Assembly: GCA_002269645.1 (NCBI GenBank)
Contig: NIVC01001019.1
Coordinates: forward strand, 24,186-88,185
Source: Macrostomum lignano
Lineage: Eukaryota
DNA: 64,000 nt
Reading direction: 5' to 3'
In this document: one piece after another, positions 1-42,461 of the stretch
Numbering within the stretch: the stretch's first letter is position 1
Layout: every line of letters begins with the position of its first letter
The notes under the pieces: model-generated
The model's input: the letters and a program-made list of their open reading frames with translations, nothing else
Told to the model about the DNA's origin: nothing
Database searches by the model: none
Position numbers and translations under genes: made by a program

Positions 1-99
1 GTCATTGCACTGTGTGTATGTGTGTGTTTTCGTGTGTCAAAAAAAATTGCAAAATAAGTGCCCACCATTGTATACCGTACCAACAAGTGCCCGGTGCGT

Positions 100-139
<40 letters not shown>

Positions 140-260
140 CGACCAACAGCCGTACTCTGCCTTCAGATGCGCCGCGCAATAGCGGTGGCTGAGCTGTCGG
201 TTGCACATCTGCCCATTAGGGTAGTTTTCATCTATTATTATTGTTATTATTATTATTAAT
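1..260 (+). mobile_element. 3' part of a SINE copy (same family as 47933-48210)
   Basis: GCTGAGCTGTCGGTTGCACATCTGCCCATTAG (about 189-220), the preceding (TG)n and the (TAT)n tail are shared with the SINE at about 48150-48210. Confidence 0.7.
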
Positions 261-648
261 AGTCAAAGTGCCACAGCTGGAATGCTATAGTGCTTTAATA
301 TTTTTGTAGTTTTTCTTGAGCTCTTAGCATTATTATATATTAAAACACCAGTTAGTCCAAACTACATGTAGCAATCAGCCAAGCCCACGGCAAAAGCAAC
401 ACCCCTTCTTCCATGTTGAATTGTACTTGCTAGAAAGTAAGAACTCGACTCGTTAGCCGATTGGCTGTTTGTGATGGGCACACTTTAAATTTGTCTGCTC
501 CGGATCAGCTGTCTATGGTCCGAAGCTTCGTCTCAAAAATAATGAAAAATCCTTCAAAAATGAATTGAAATTCTTGCCTAGTTGCAAGCTATTATTCCTC
601 AGGCTAAAATCGCTAGAAGTTTGGCGTGAAAAACAGTTCCAAAACGAC

Positions 649-1068
649 ATGCAGGCAGCTACGGGAAGCGCACTATTCGTCGAATGCAAACTGGGCGATC
701 TGCTGAATATTGACGAGTCTCAATTTAGCCTGGACAGCCTTGAAAGTTTGTATGAGTGCTTCGTTCGCGAGCAGATGGGCCCCATAGTGCTACTCAGCTC
801 TGTCGCCGCCACCCTAATGGTAAACGCGATGCTCTACTGTCTAGGCAGCTTCATGGACCGGGCCAAGGACCGCGAGGATTTCTACGCTTCCAGACTGCGC
901 GATCGGCACGTGAAAAGCCGCCACGTGGCCACCATCCTGCTGCCGTCCGTGCCCGGCGCCAACGCGGCCGCGGCAGCCGCCGCTGCGACCGCAGCTGTCG
1001 CTGGCGGCAATCGAACCGGCGGCCAAATCTCGGGCAGCTCGCAGGAGCAAATCCTCCGTGATGGCTAG
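649..1068 (+). CDS. Orphan single-exon protein (139 aa), one predicted transmembrane helix and a poly-Ala tract
   Basis: ATG at 649 and TAG at 1066-1068; GC-rich like the local exons; hydrophobic stretch MGPIVLLSSVAATLMVNAMLYCLGSF; 3' splice acceptor TTCCTCAG at 601-602 upstream. No family recognised. Confidence 0.55.
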   Translation: MQAATGSALFVECKLGDLLNIDESQFSLDSLESLYECFVREQMGPIVLLSSVAATLMVNAMLYCLGSFMDRAKDREDFYASRLRDRHVKSRHVATILLPSVPGANAAAAAAAATAAVAGGNRTGGQISGSSQEQILRDG

Positions 1069-1160
1069 TTGGCGCTGCTGGCGACGGTTTAAACTTGCAT
1101 CCTGACTGCGCAATATTGGCTGCCTTCCTTGCCAAAAGCAATTGTTGTATCAAATAGTAA

Positions 1161-2115
<955 letters not shown>

Positions 2116-2574
2116 TAATAATATTGGTATACCTGAATACTCTGATGCCAGAAAACTTCATTTTAATTCCAGTTTGATGGGCAGGCCAATCAACTAAATC
2201 TTCGTAATAACCGAATTTATTCGATGCTATACAAATTTATTGCACTCAATTAATTGGGCTCATAGATATGCAGTACCACAGAGTCCTTTGCCCTTTGGTG
2301 ATCGGCTCCTGGATGAGAACTGAATGAGGGCAAGTGTCTTTCAGAGAGAAGGTTAGGAAGGCCACCGTAACGATAATTAGAGTCGCCCCTGTTCTCCTAC
2401 TCTCTTCCCCTTCCCCTCATTTTTCTTCCCAACTGAGCAGCAATGGGATACGCTCGGATTGGTCGCCGGGAGAGAATAAATGCTCCTCAATTTCTATCAG
2501 ATATTCGAAGCTTGCTCTGCATCCCCCTTGCATCCCGCTACGGTGGTCTCGGCCTTCTGCAGTTACCAGCACCG

Positions 2575-32137
<29,563 letters not shown>

Positions 32138-35115
32138 TCATTTAAAGTACACCGCGTACTATAGTCATTAGGACAGCCAGGGGTACAGTAAATTTTTGTC
32201 TAACACATTTATATTGAATCCTATTGATAAACATGCATATTTGTATTACATACTCGGATTACTATACTGTACGCATGTGTTTTTGAGATCTGAAATCCGC
32301 CGTATTTCTTTTGTTTATTTTCATTGATTGAGAGCTTTTAAATTTGCGGTGAAAATTAACGTGCTGTCTGTTATGATAAGACGTCACGAAATTATGATTT
32401 CTTGCTAAGACTTACATTTAATTATATATATATTCAATGCAATGTAATTATTCTAGGTAGATAAACTTTTTAGCCATATAATATTTTTTTATTATCGTGT
32501 TTGAAAAATGACTTTGACAGCTAAATTTATAGTACGTTTACACTTATGATGCGTCTCAATGTACTACATAATTACATCAGATTTTATTTCCGGCAAATGA
32601 AACAAAAATTGGCACAATTTTGATATCATTTGAAATTATTTGGCAAAATGGCGAGAAAAAGCTGCTATTTAGCACATGTTCATGCAGAGTCTTTAAAGCC
32701 TATGGATAATGAAAGGTACGTTAGGTAGTGTCTAGAGCACTATATATAGAGTTTTTATCTAAATTGCATTTTTTATTTTGTCAGAGCGCGGTAATTTTTT
32801 GTACGTTGTAAGGGCAAATCCGGGCAGTCACCATGTATTGAAAACTTTCCACTTGATGATTGTTCAGTTTTTATAATATACATGTAGATGTAATGCTTGA
32901 TATCTAGTGTTACTATTCATGTCGAGTCCATGTACATCATCCGCTTAAGGCAGGTCGGCAAACTCCGGCCTGCTGCCAGCGAAGCTAATTCTCTATCCGG
33001 CTCTCGGGTCCTTGAAACTTAACAATTAGCAATCAGGCCTGCTCAATGTTTGTGTCTCTTCTTCTCTCCTCTCTTCCTTCTCTCCTCTCTCCCTCTCCTC
33101 TCTCCTCTCTCCATCTATTCCCTCGCTTCTACTTTCTCTTATCTATCTTCAGCTATTTTCTCTTTTCCCTCTCAGCTCTCTCTTTTTCTTTGGCTCGCAG
33201 TCATGCGCTAGGTTCTCTTTCTGGCCCCCGAGGTAAAAAAATTGCCATCCCGGCCCCCGGCTTAAAGGTTTCGAATCAGCAGAACTTCGTACAGAAAAGA
33301 AGCAAAAAATATTTCTGTAAGTTTATTACCTATCTATTTAGAACGTAATATTTGAATACCGGTATAAGAACTGAGTGTACAAAAATTATTCAATGACTTA
33401 CTTTGAAATTGCTTACGTCTGTTGAGTGTCGAGTGTCGAGTAGGGGCCTTTTCATATTGCTTGTTCTGGTTCCAGAACCAGAACCAATTTGTGAAGTATA
33501 ACTTTTTGTCTCCATAACTAGAGGGAAATACGTGCTATAAAGTTTTTATTTTTGAATGACAATCGCCAAGAAGAAAGTGAAAAATTGTGCTAAGTGAGGT
33601 TGTTAAGGCAGTCAAACATACAACAGAATTAAATAGTTATACTGCTGCTTTTCTTGGAAGATCCGAACCGATTCTGGATTCTGATTCTGGAATTGGTAAT
33701 ATGAAAAGCCTCTAGTAGCCAGTCCGGCCGTATCTAAGAGCCCATTATAACATTCAGTACTTTGCGAGTTGTCAAAGCGGAAGTAAATATGATTTTATTT
33801 TAGTTTTTGCTAGCTTTTATAAAATCAAGAATTTTAGAGGCAAAATGTTTTAGGATTCAGGAGTTTTTGATATACGGTTCAAATATTATGCAGATTTCAA
33901 TCTTCAGATTTTATAGGAAATGCTGCAAGTAGATCGATCAATAAGCAGATCAATAAATTGCACAATTTTTCAGCACGTTCAGTTAACTGAAAATATATTC
34001 ATCTGGGGGCACTTTTTATCTCTATTCCACCGTGACTATTTCATTGAGTCTAAACCGTACGATTCTTTAAAATACAGGTGTACAGCCAGTACAGGTACAG
34101 GTATAGATAATAAAATTAAAATACAGTTATAGAAGATCTGTCATATATATTAGATGATGAAAAAAGATAGGCCTAAGACAAAATTCCCTTCATTTATCTG
34201 TGACTCAGCATATGTGGCTCCATTTCCATTGTATTGAATATTAAACCCTTAGGCCCTACTCAGAACAGCTTAGGAAGCTAAAAATTGAGTTGAGGTCAAT
34301 CTCTTTAGTATAATTCTAGCTAGTGCTTGTGGTCTGTTGTTGTTAGATTTTTAGATTTGTGTTAGGTTTACTGGTATCTGAATCTGATAAACTGATTTTT
34401 GCTCTATTGTGCCTCTTTTTATCATAATCTTGTGTATTCCATTCAATAAATACCTAACATACACCAAAATTCTCTCTATTTAATTGGTGTGTATCACATG
34501 TATTATCAGATTTCTTTTCTGCTCAAAAGATTTGGTATAATTATAAGAAGCTTCTAAACTTATAGAATGAGACTTATAGAATGTCTTAAAAGTTACTATT
34601 AGCCTATTAAATTTTAAAATACTAATTAATAAGTACAATAGTATTTAGTATTATATAAATTGTAGTATATAATAACAAATTGAGCAATTGTTATCTTTTT
34701 TGAATTACCCATCTAACATAATTTTAAGTTTATATTTCTAATAATAGCTAAAATAGTTAAAAAATAGTTTATATCATCAATATAACAGTACAACTTAAAT
34801 TAAATTAGGTAGGTTGATCCTATAGGTCAAATTTCAATGAGAGTGCTAGAGACTTTGTATGTATCTTGGCAAAATAGTTTGGCACCTTTTATCATTTTTA
34901 GCAGTATCTTCTTCTCTCTAAGTTAAAGGCAACTGTTCAGCACCCATTCCTTGTGTCACTATTGTTATACTTTATTTTTTACTTTATTCAATTATTTCTT
35001 GAATCATTAGGAACCTCATTATAGACTGGAATGAATGGAGATTCATTAATTCTCAATTTCTGATACCAATTTATTGCTGCTATGCTTGTAAGCTTTGTTT
35101 TCCTGCTGTGCTGGA

Positions 35116-37279
35116 ATGAACAAATTTGCTTTTACTTGCATGCAGTTTGTTTGCAGCTCGCAAGTTGCGGGAGTTGCTAGCCGAGCAGCAATTCAACTAG
35201 CCACATTTACCATCGCCACTGCTGTGTCGGCCTCCGCCTTCTCTTCGACCTCGACTCCAGTCAGCTGCTTCGACTCCGCCATGCTGGTGTCGCCTGACAA
35301 GGCTTTGCCGGGCCGCGCAACCCCCATGCGCGTCTCTAACGTCCACGCCGTGCTGAAGGGCAACAGCGCTGTGCCGCCGTTTCCGCCTGACACACTCAGC
35401 ATCGTGTTCGGCCTCGGCTGCTACTGGGGCGCAGAGCGCCTGTTCTGGCGCATGAAGGGCGTTTATTCTACGCAGGTGATTGACAGAATCCAATAATTCA
35501 ATAGCAATATTACAATATTGTTAACCGGGAAGCCCGCGTGAATGCTTGCCCTGTTTATTTCAATGTCCTTTCCGCAGTCTTTGTGCTTATCAACAGGTAG
35601 TTGTCCCAATCAGTGCACCCTCTCTCTGCCTCCAAGATCTTTGTGTCTGTCAGCTGGCCCAGCACAGCCTCTCCTGGGTCTTTGTGTCTGTCAGCTGGCC
35701 CAGCACACCGCAGCCTCTTCTGGGTCTTTGTGTCTGTCAGCTGGCCCAGCACACCGCAGCCTCTTCTGGGTCTTTGTGTCTGTCAGCTGGCCCAGCACAC
35801 CGCAGCCTCTCCTGGGTCTTTGTGTCTGTCAGCTGGCCCAGCACACCGCAGCCTCTCCTGGGTCTTTGTGTCTGTCAGCTGGCCCAGCACACCGCAGCCT
35901 CTCCTGGGTCTTTGTGTCTGTCAGCTGGCCCAGCACACCGCAGCCTCTCCTGGGTCTTTGTGTCTGTCAGCTGGCCCAGCACACCGCAGCCTCTCCTGGG
36001 TCTTTGTGTCTGTCAGCTGGCCCAGCACAGCCTCTCCTGGGTCTTTGTGTGTCAGCTGGCCCAGCACACCGCAGCCTCTCCTGGGTCTTTGTGTCGGGCG
36101 TCTGGCCTAGCACACTATGTTCACAACTCTTTCCTGAGTCTATCAGTCACTGAGTCTTCACTTCTCTGCTCGTGCCCCCTCACAACTCCGCAGGTGGGAT
36201 TCGCTGGCGGCTTCACTCCCAATCCCACTTATAAGGAGGTGTGCAGCGGCCGCACCGGCCACGCCGAAGTGGTTCGAGTTGTGTACCGGCCCGCCGAGCT
36301 TCCGCTGACTGGCCTGCTCAAGGCCTTCTGGGAGAGCCACGATCCAACTCAGGTGAGCAGCTAATGGGAATGGCGCTGTTTGCTGGTAATTACCTGCTCC
36401 TGCACTAATGAAGGTAGAACTATAAGGGCGGAGTGATGGAGCCACTTCTACTATGCTAAATAAAGTAATATGGTGCTTAACCCTATCCCTAGCGGAGAAT
36501 ATGGAGTGTCGGAGATGTGAAATGTCGGAGATATGAAATGTCGGAGATATGAAATGTCGGAGATATGGAGTGTCGGAGATATGAAGTGTCGGAGATATGA
36601 AGTGTCGGAGATATGGAGTGCCGGAGATATGCAGTGTCGGAGCTATGGAGTGTCGGAGATATGGAGTGTCGAAGATGTGAAATGTCGGAGCTATGAAATG
36701 TCGGAGATATGAAATGTCGCAGCTATGAAATGTCGGAGATATGAAATGTCGGAGATATGAAATGTCGCAGCTATGAAATGTCGGAGATATGAAATGTCGG
36801 AGATATGAAGTGTCGGAGATATGAAATGTCGGAGATATGAAGTGTCGGAGATATGAAATGTCGGATATATGAAGTGTCGGAGATATGGAGTGTCGGTTGG
36901 AGTTGGGACGGATTTTGGGACAGAACTATATTGTCGCGAGAGTCAGACGCGTCAACCGCTGAGCTGCTCTGCCCCTCCCCCCAACCAGGGCATGCGGCAG
37001 GGCAACGATGTCGGCACGCAGTACCGGTCCGCCATCTACTACTCGGCATCGGATTCGGCCGAGGCGCAGCTGGTTGCTGAGTCGGCCAGAGCTTACTCCG
37101 AGGCTTTGGTAGCCAAGGCTAAACTGCCGCCCGGCGGCTCTGTGACCACCGAGATTGCGCCGCTGAAGGAGTTCTATTATGCCGAGGACGAGCACCAGCA
37201 GTACCTGCACAAGCATCCCGACGGCTACTGCGGACTGCGAGGCACCGGGGTGGCCTGCCCAGCGCTGCCCGGAAAATAG
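35116..37279 (+). CDS. MSRA: Peptide methionine sulfoxide reductase A, 3 exons
   Basis: join(35116 or 35281-35475,36194-36352,36989-37279). Motifs ALPGR, GCYWG(A)[48 protein letters not shown] and GYC...GVAC. The 5' start is uncertain. Confidence 0.93.
35640..36895. repeat. MsrA intronic arrays: 46-bp unit (35640-36090) and 16-bp unit (36500-36895)
   Basis: Direct inspection. Confidence 0.9.
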
Positions 37280-37434
37280 AACTGACTGGTTACTCTTGGC
37301 TGCGGCCTGATATTCAGAATGAACCATATGAGTATGAGGAGTACTGATCTTGCTGATTTTATCTTGTTGGGAAGGCAGAACTTGATGACTGCCAACAAAT
37401 TCTACGTGATCTATAATCCCATTCTCGAATAATC

Positions 37435-39110
37435 TGAATCCCATCCTCAGATATCTAGAATCCCATCCTCAGATATCTAGAATCCCATCCTCAGATGTCT
37501 AGAATCCGTTCTCAGATATCTAGAATCCCGTGCTCAGATGTCTAGAATCCCATCCTCAGATATCTAGAATCCCATCCTCAGATATCTAGAATCCCATCCT
37601 CAGATATCTAGAATCCCATCCTCAGATGTCTAGAATCCCGTTCTCAGATATCTAGAATCCCGTGCTCAGATATCTAGAATCCCGTGCTCAGATATCTAGA
37701 ATCCCATCCTCAGATATCTAGAATCCCATCCTCAGATATCTAGAATCCCATCCTCAGATATCTAGAATCCCATCCTCAGATATCTAGAATCCCATCCTCA
37801 GCTATCTAGAATCCCATCCTCAGATATCCAGAATCCCGTGCTCAGATATCTAGAATCCTGTGCTCAGATATCTAGAATCCCGTGCTCAGATATCTAGAAT
37901 CCTATCCTCAAATATCTGAAATACCATCCTCAGATGTCTAGACTCCCATTTTCAGATATCTAGAATCCCGTCCTCAGATATCTAGAATCCCATCCTCAGA
38001 TATCTAGAATCCCATCCTCAGATATCTAGAATCCCATCCTCAGATATCTAGAATCCCATCCTCAGATATCTAGAATCCCGTGCTGAGATATCTAGAATCC
38101 CGTGCTCAGATATCTAGAATTCCATCCTCAAATATCTAGAATCCCATCCTCAGATATCTAAAATCCCATCCTCAGATATCTAGAATCCCATCCTCAGATA
38201 TCTAAAATCCCGTGCTCAGATATCTAGAATCCCATCCTCAGATATCTAGAATCCCATCCTCAAATATCTAGAATCCCATTTTCAGATATCTCGAATCCCA
38301 TCCTAAAAATCTAGAATCTCATCCTCAGATATCTAGAATCCCATTTTCAGATGTCTTGAATCCCATCCTAGAACGACTAGAATCCCAACCCCGATTTCGC
38401 TACATCACAATGATGATCTCTAACAATCGTGATCGATACTCTTAAACTTTTTTGATCAGAAGGACGAATTAATTATTTATTGGAACATATTTTTCGCGCT
38501 CTAAATCTGTTAATTGTTTTAACTATAAATTTTATTGGGTTCAAATATACGCGAATCCAGTACTAACTAGTAGTATTGACAAATTTCTCACACAGCACAC
38601 TGCGTCATGGCATGCTTGATTATCTATTGTCCATTTTTTAATATTTTCACGCTTTCACCTTCAGCTGTGTTTTTAATGCAACAAAATAATAACAACGCAA
38701 AATTGAATTCAATTAAACTGTAGGGTACTGAAGTTAAGTTCATGTGGCTAAGGCACGGAGTTAGTGCGCGTGCACTTAATATTTATAGATGCATATACAT
38801 ATACATGTATGACTTGTGCGAGCAGAGTGGCTATGCAAAAAATCTCACAAATCTCATCATAATCTCATAAATCTCAAAATAATCTCACGAACCTCATTGT
38901 AATCTCACAAACCTCATTGTAATCTCATCATAATCTCACAAATCTCAATATAATCTCACAAATCTCAGTATAATCTTATAAATCTCATCATAATCTCACA
39001 AATCTCATCATAATTTTACAAATTTCATCTTAATCTCAAATCTATCTATAATTTCACAAAACTCATGAAAACCTCATGAATCTCACCACAATCTCAAGAA
39101 TCTCATTAAG
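37435..39110. repeat. 22-bp CAGATATCTAGAATCCCATCCT array (37435-38390) and AATCTCA-based array (38845-39110)
   Basis: Direct inspection; between the 3' ends of MsrA and the coiled-coil gene. Confidence 0.9.
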
Positions 39111-39163
39111 ATTTGACTTTTCTCTTTGAGTACAATCTCAACAGACTCCTCTCATCCCCATCG

Positions 39164-41808
39164 CTAGTCCCTGGTCTTCTTGCCGGTGGAGCCGGCAGTC
39201 CTCAGGCGGCCCCTCAGCCGCTCGTTCTCCTCGCGCAGCGCCGCCACCTCCCGTTTGACGGCGACGAATTCGCGAAAATTCGCGTCGCCAGACTCGCGCG
39301 CCGTTGCCGCCTGCTGCTTTGGCGCCTGCGCCAGCGGCGCCGGCTGTTGTTGGCGCTTTGCGGCCAGCCGCAGCGCCTCAATTTCGGCCTCCAGTGCCCC
39401 GTTCTCCGCAGCCAGGCGCGATTCTTGGGCGCGTGCCTCTGCCAGCCGGCGCTCCGAGTCGGCCAGACGGAGTGCCAGCCGCTCGGCTCGCTGGCGCAGC
39501 TCCTCCAGCTCGCGCTGGCAGTCCTCCAGCTGGCGCTGCCGCTCCGCCTCAGCCTGGCTGTCGGCGTCGCGGTCGCGCGCCAGCTGGTCGAGCCGAAGGC
39601 GCAGCTCGGCGCATTTCTGGCGCTCCGCGCTGAGCTCGTGTTGAGCGGCCTGTTTTTTGGGGCACAGTGGGTGTGCTATGGATTGCTTTGTTAAGCCTTT
39701 TAGCGCCACAGGACCTAGGTTCGAATCCGCGACCCTAGTGCTGGCGCCCCTGGTGCTGGCGCCCCTGGTGCTGGCGCCCCTGGTGCTGGCGCCCCTGGTG
39801 CTGGCGCCCCTGGTGCTGGCGCCCCTGGTGCTGGCGCCCCTGGTGCTGGCGCCCCTGGTGCTGGCGCCCCTGGTGCTGGCGCCCCTGGTGCTGGCGCCCC
39901 TGGTGCTGGCGCCCCTGGTGCTGACGCCCCTGGTGCTGGCGCCCCTGGTGCTGGCGCCCCTGGTGCTGGCGCCCCTGGTGCTGGCGCCCCTGGTGCTGGC
40001 GCCCCTGGTGCTGGCGCCCCTGGTGCTGGCGCCCCTGGTGCTGGCGCCCCTGGTGCTGGCGCCCCTGGTGCTGGCGCCCCTGGTGCTGGCGCCCCTGGTG
40101 CTGGCGCCCCTGGTGCTGGCGCCCCTGGTGCTGGCGCCCCTGGTGTTGGCGCCCCTGGTGCTGGCGCCCCTGGTGCTAAAGCCACTGGTGCTGGCGCCCC
40201 TGGTGCTAAAGCCCCTGGTGCTAAAGCCCCTGGTGCTAAAGCTCCTGCGGGTGCTAAAGCCCCTGGTGCTAAATCCCCTGGTGCTAAAGCTCCTGCAGGT
40301 GCTAAAGCCCCTGGTGCTAAATCCCCTGGTGCTAAAGCTCCTTCAGGTGCTAAAGCTCCTTCAGGTGCTAAAGCTCCTGGTGCTAAATCCCCTGGTGCTA
40401 AAGCTCCTGCAGGTGCTAAAGCCCCTGGTGCTAAAGCCCCTGGTGCTAAAGCTCCTGGTGCTAAATCCCCTGGTGCTAAATCCCCTGGTGCTAAATCCCC
40501 TGGTGCTTAAGCTCCTGCGGGTGCTAAAGCCCCTGGTGCTAAATCCCCTGGTGCTAAAGCTCCTGCAGGTGCTAAATCCCCTGGTGCTAAAGCTCCTGCA
40601 GGTGCTAAAGCCCTTGGTGCTAAATCCATAACAGGGTTAGAAAACACTCATTGGGGGAGTCAGGGCTCGAGTGTATCCGATTGAGTGTGCGCACTCAGGC
40701 GTCAGCGGAATAGGCCTGACTGCATGTGTACATGTGAAAATTAATTACAGACTGATTGATTTGCAGTCTCTCACCTCCTCCTCGCGTCGGCGCTCCTCTG
40801 CCGCCGTCAGCGACCGCCTGGCTGCGTCCCGCTCCTTGACTGCCGCAGCCACTGCCGCCTCCAGCGACGTCGCTCGCTCCGCCTTCGCTGTCAGCGCCTC
40901 GGCCTGTTGACCAACCCGAGCCTCCAGCTGGGCCGCCAGCTCGTCCCGGTCGCGCAACGCCATCTGCAACTTGAGCAGCTCGGCCTGCTCCTGCTGCCTG
41001 GCCGAGTACCAGGTCCGCTCCGCCTCCGCCCGATCGTGCAGCAGCGCCGCCACCTCGCGCTCGTGCTGCTCGGCCAGTCGCTTGGCCACCTCGTCCACTC
41101 GCTGGTTGCACAGATCCTGTCGGGAGGGTTCGAGAGGACAGCTCAGAGTATGAGTAGGGAGTGGTGATGCCTGAGTGATGTTCGATTGCTGCCCAATCTA
41201 ACCATCAGAAACCTCCTTGAAACAATGAGAACCCTCCGGACCCTGAGAACCCTCCGGACCCTGGGAACCCTCCGGACCCAGAGAACCCTCCGGACCCTGA
41301 GAACCCTCCGGACTCTGAGAACCCTCCGGACCCTGGGAACCCTCCAGAACCTGAGAACCCTCCGGACCCTGGGAACCCTCCGGACCCTGAGAACCTTCCA
41401 GACCCTGAGAACCTTCCTGACCCTGAGAACCCTCCGGACTCTGAGAACCCTTCAGACCCTGAGAACCCTCCAGACCCTGAGACCCCTTTGAGAACTTTAA
41501 AACCTTGAGACCTGCATTTTCACCTGCATTTCCTTAAGCCGCTGCTGCGTTTCGTCCTCCATCTGCTGGCTGCTTTTGTGCTGTGCGCCTCCGCCAGCCG
41601 CTTCTTCCGTCTTAGTCGCCGCCAGCAGCTGCTCTTCGAGTGTCTGCACCGCCGCCTTCAGCTCGCGATTCTGCCGCACAATCTCCTGAGCAAACTCCAG
41701 CGTCTCCAGGTGTCGCCTTGTCAGTCGCTCGTCGATGTCTGAGGCGGCGGCGGCCTCCGCTGCTGGTCTGCGACCGCCGCGCGCGTCTGTGTTGTAGCAG
41801 TTCTGCAT
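39164..41808 (-). CDS. Coiled-coil protein, about 370 aa, 3 exons, family not recognised
   Basis: complement join(41808-41524,41116-40775,39649-39164); phase-0 GT-AG introns; E/R/Q/L/A heptad-rich sequence (e.g. REFVAVKREVAALREENERL). There may be further 5' exons. Confidence 0.75.
39735..41490. repeat. 15-bp minisatellite (39735-40625) and 9-bp-based array (41210-41490) in introns of the coiled-coil gene
   Basis: Direct inspection. Confidence 0.92.
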
Positions 41809-42461
41809 CCTGTCCGGCCGCGACCGCCCCCGCCTGCCTCAACTTTCTCCCTTCTTTTCCTCCCTAATCCTTAGATGAGGGGATCAGCGGACTGGGGAGT
41901 TGCGAGGCGATTTGTCCGCCAAGTCTGTCTGCTGATCCGCTGGGCTCTCCTCCTTCCACTTGACTGGAGCGGCGAGACAAAAAAGCCCAGAGGAGACGGC
42001 CGTCGGGGTGGAGAGTCAGACAGACAGACAGAGCCTGACATAAGGCGTGTCAGCCCCCACCCACCAACCACCGCAGGGAGACATTGTGTTTAGATGGACG
42101 CACAAGTATGCTTGCAGGGGTGGTCTCATGGAATTGAGCAAAACAGATGAAGCCAGAAGTCTAACCTGGAGTCTCTCAGGTGCGCAGCCTTATCTGCGTA
42201 CACCGCTGTCTGGGGTAGCGGGGGGAGGAGGGTGAGGTTTGTAGCAGAGTAGAGAGAGAGAGTGAGAGAGTACTGCGCCCCAGCGCGCATTGCACTGTTG
42301 CTATGAGCAACCGGAGAGGGGAGGCGGCTGTTAGAAAGAGAGCGCCGACTTCATTCTCCAGTAGAGCAGTCTCACATCGGTTTAAGCATTGTCTCAATAA
42401 AGTTTTTCCAGCTAAAATATCCCACTATTAGCTATAGCCGCATTTGCCAACGAGCTCAGCC

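Noticed and set aside
32945-33265. Degenerate hAT/Charlie-like MITE (GTCGGCAAACTCCGGCC ... GGCCCCCGAGGTAAAAAAATTGCC)
   Set aside because: Termini are too decayed and no target-site duplication was found.
39657-40631. Collagen- or elastin-like (PGAPA)n and (LVLAP)n ORFs (also 11107-11754)
   Set aside because: Intronic 15-bp minisatellite lying between well-defined splice sites.
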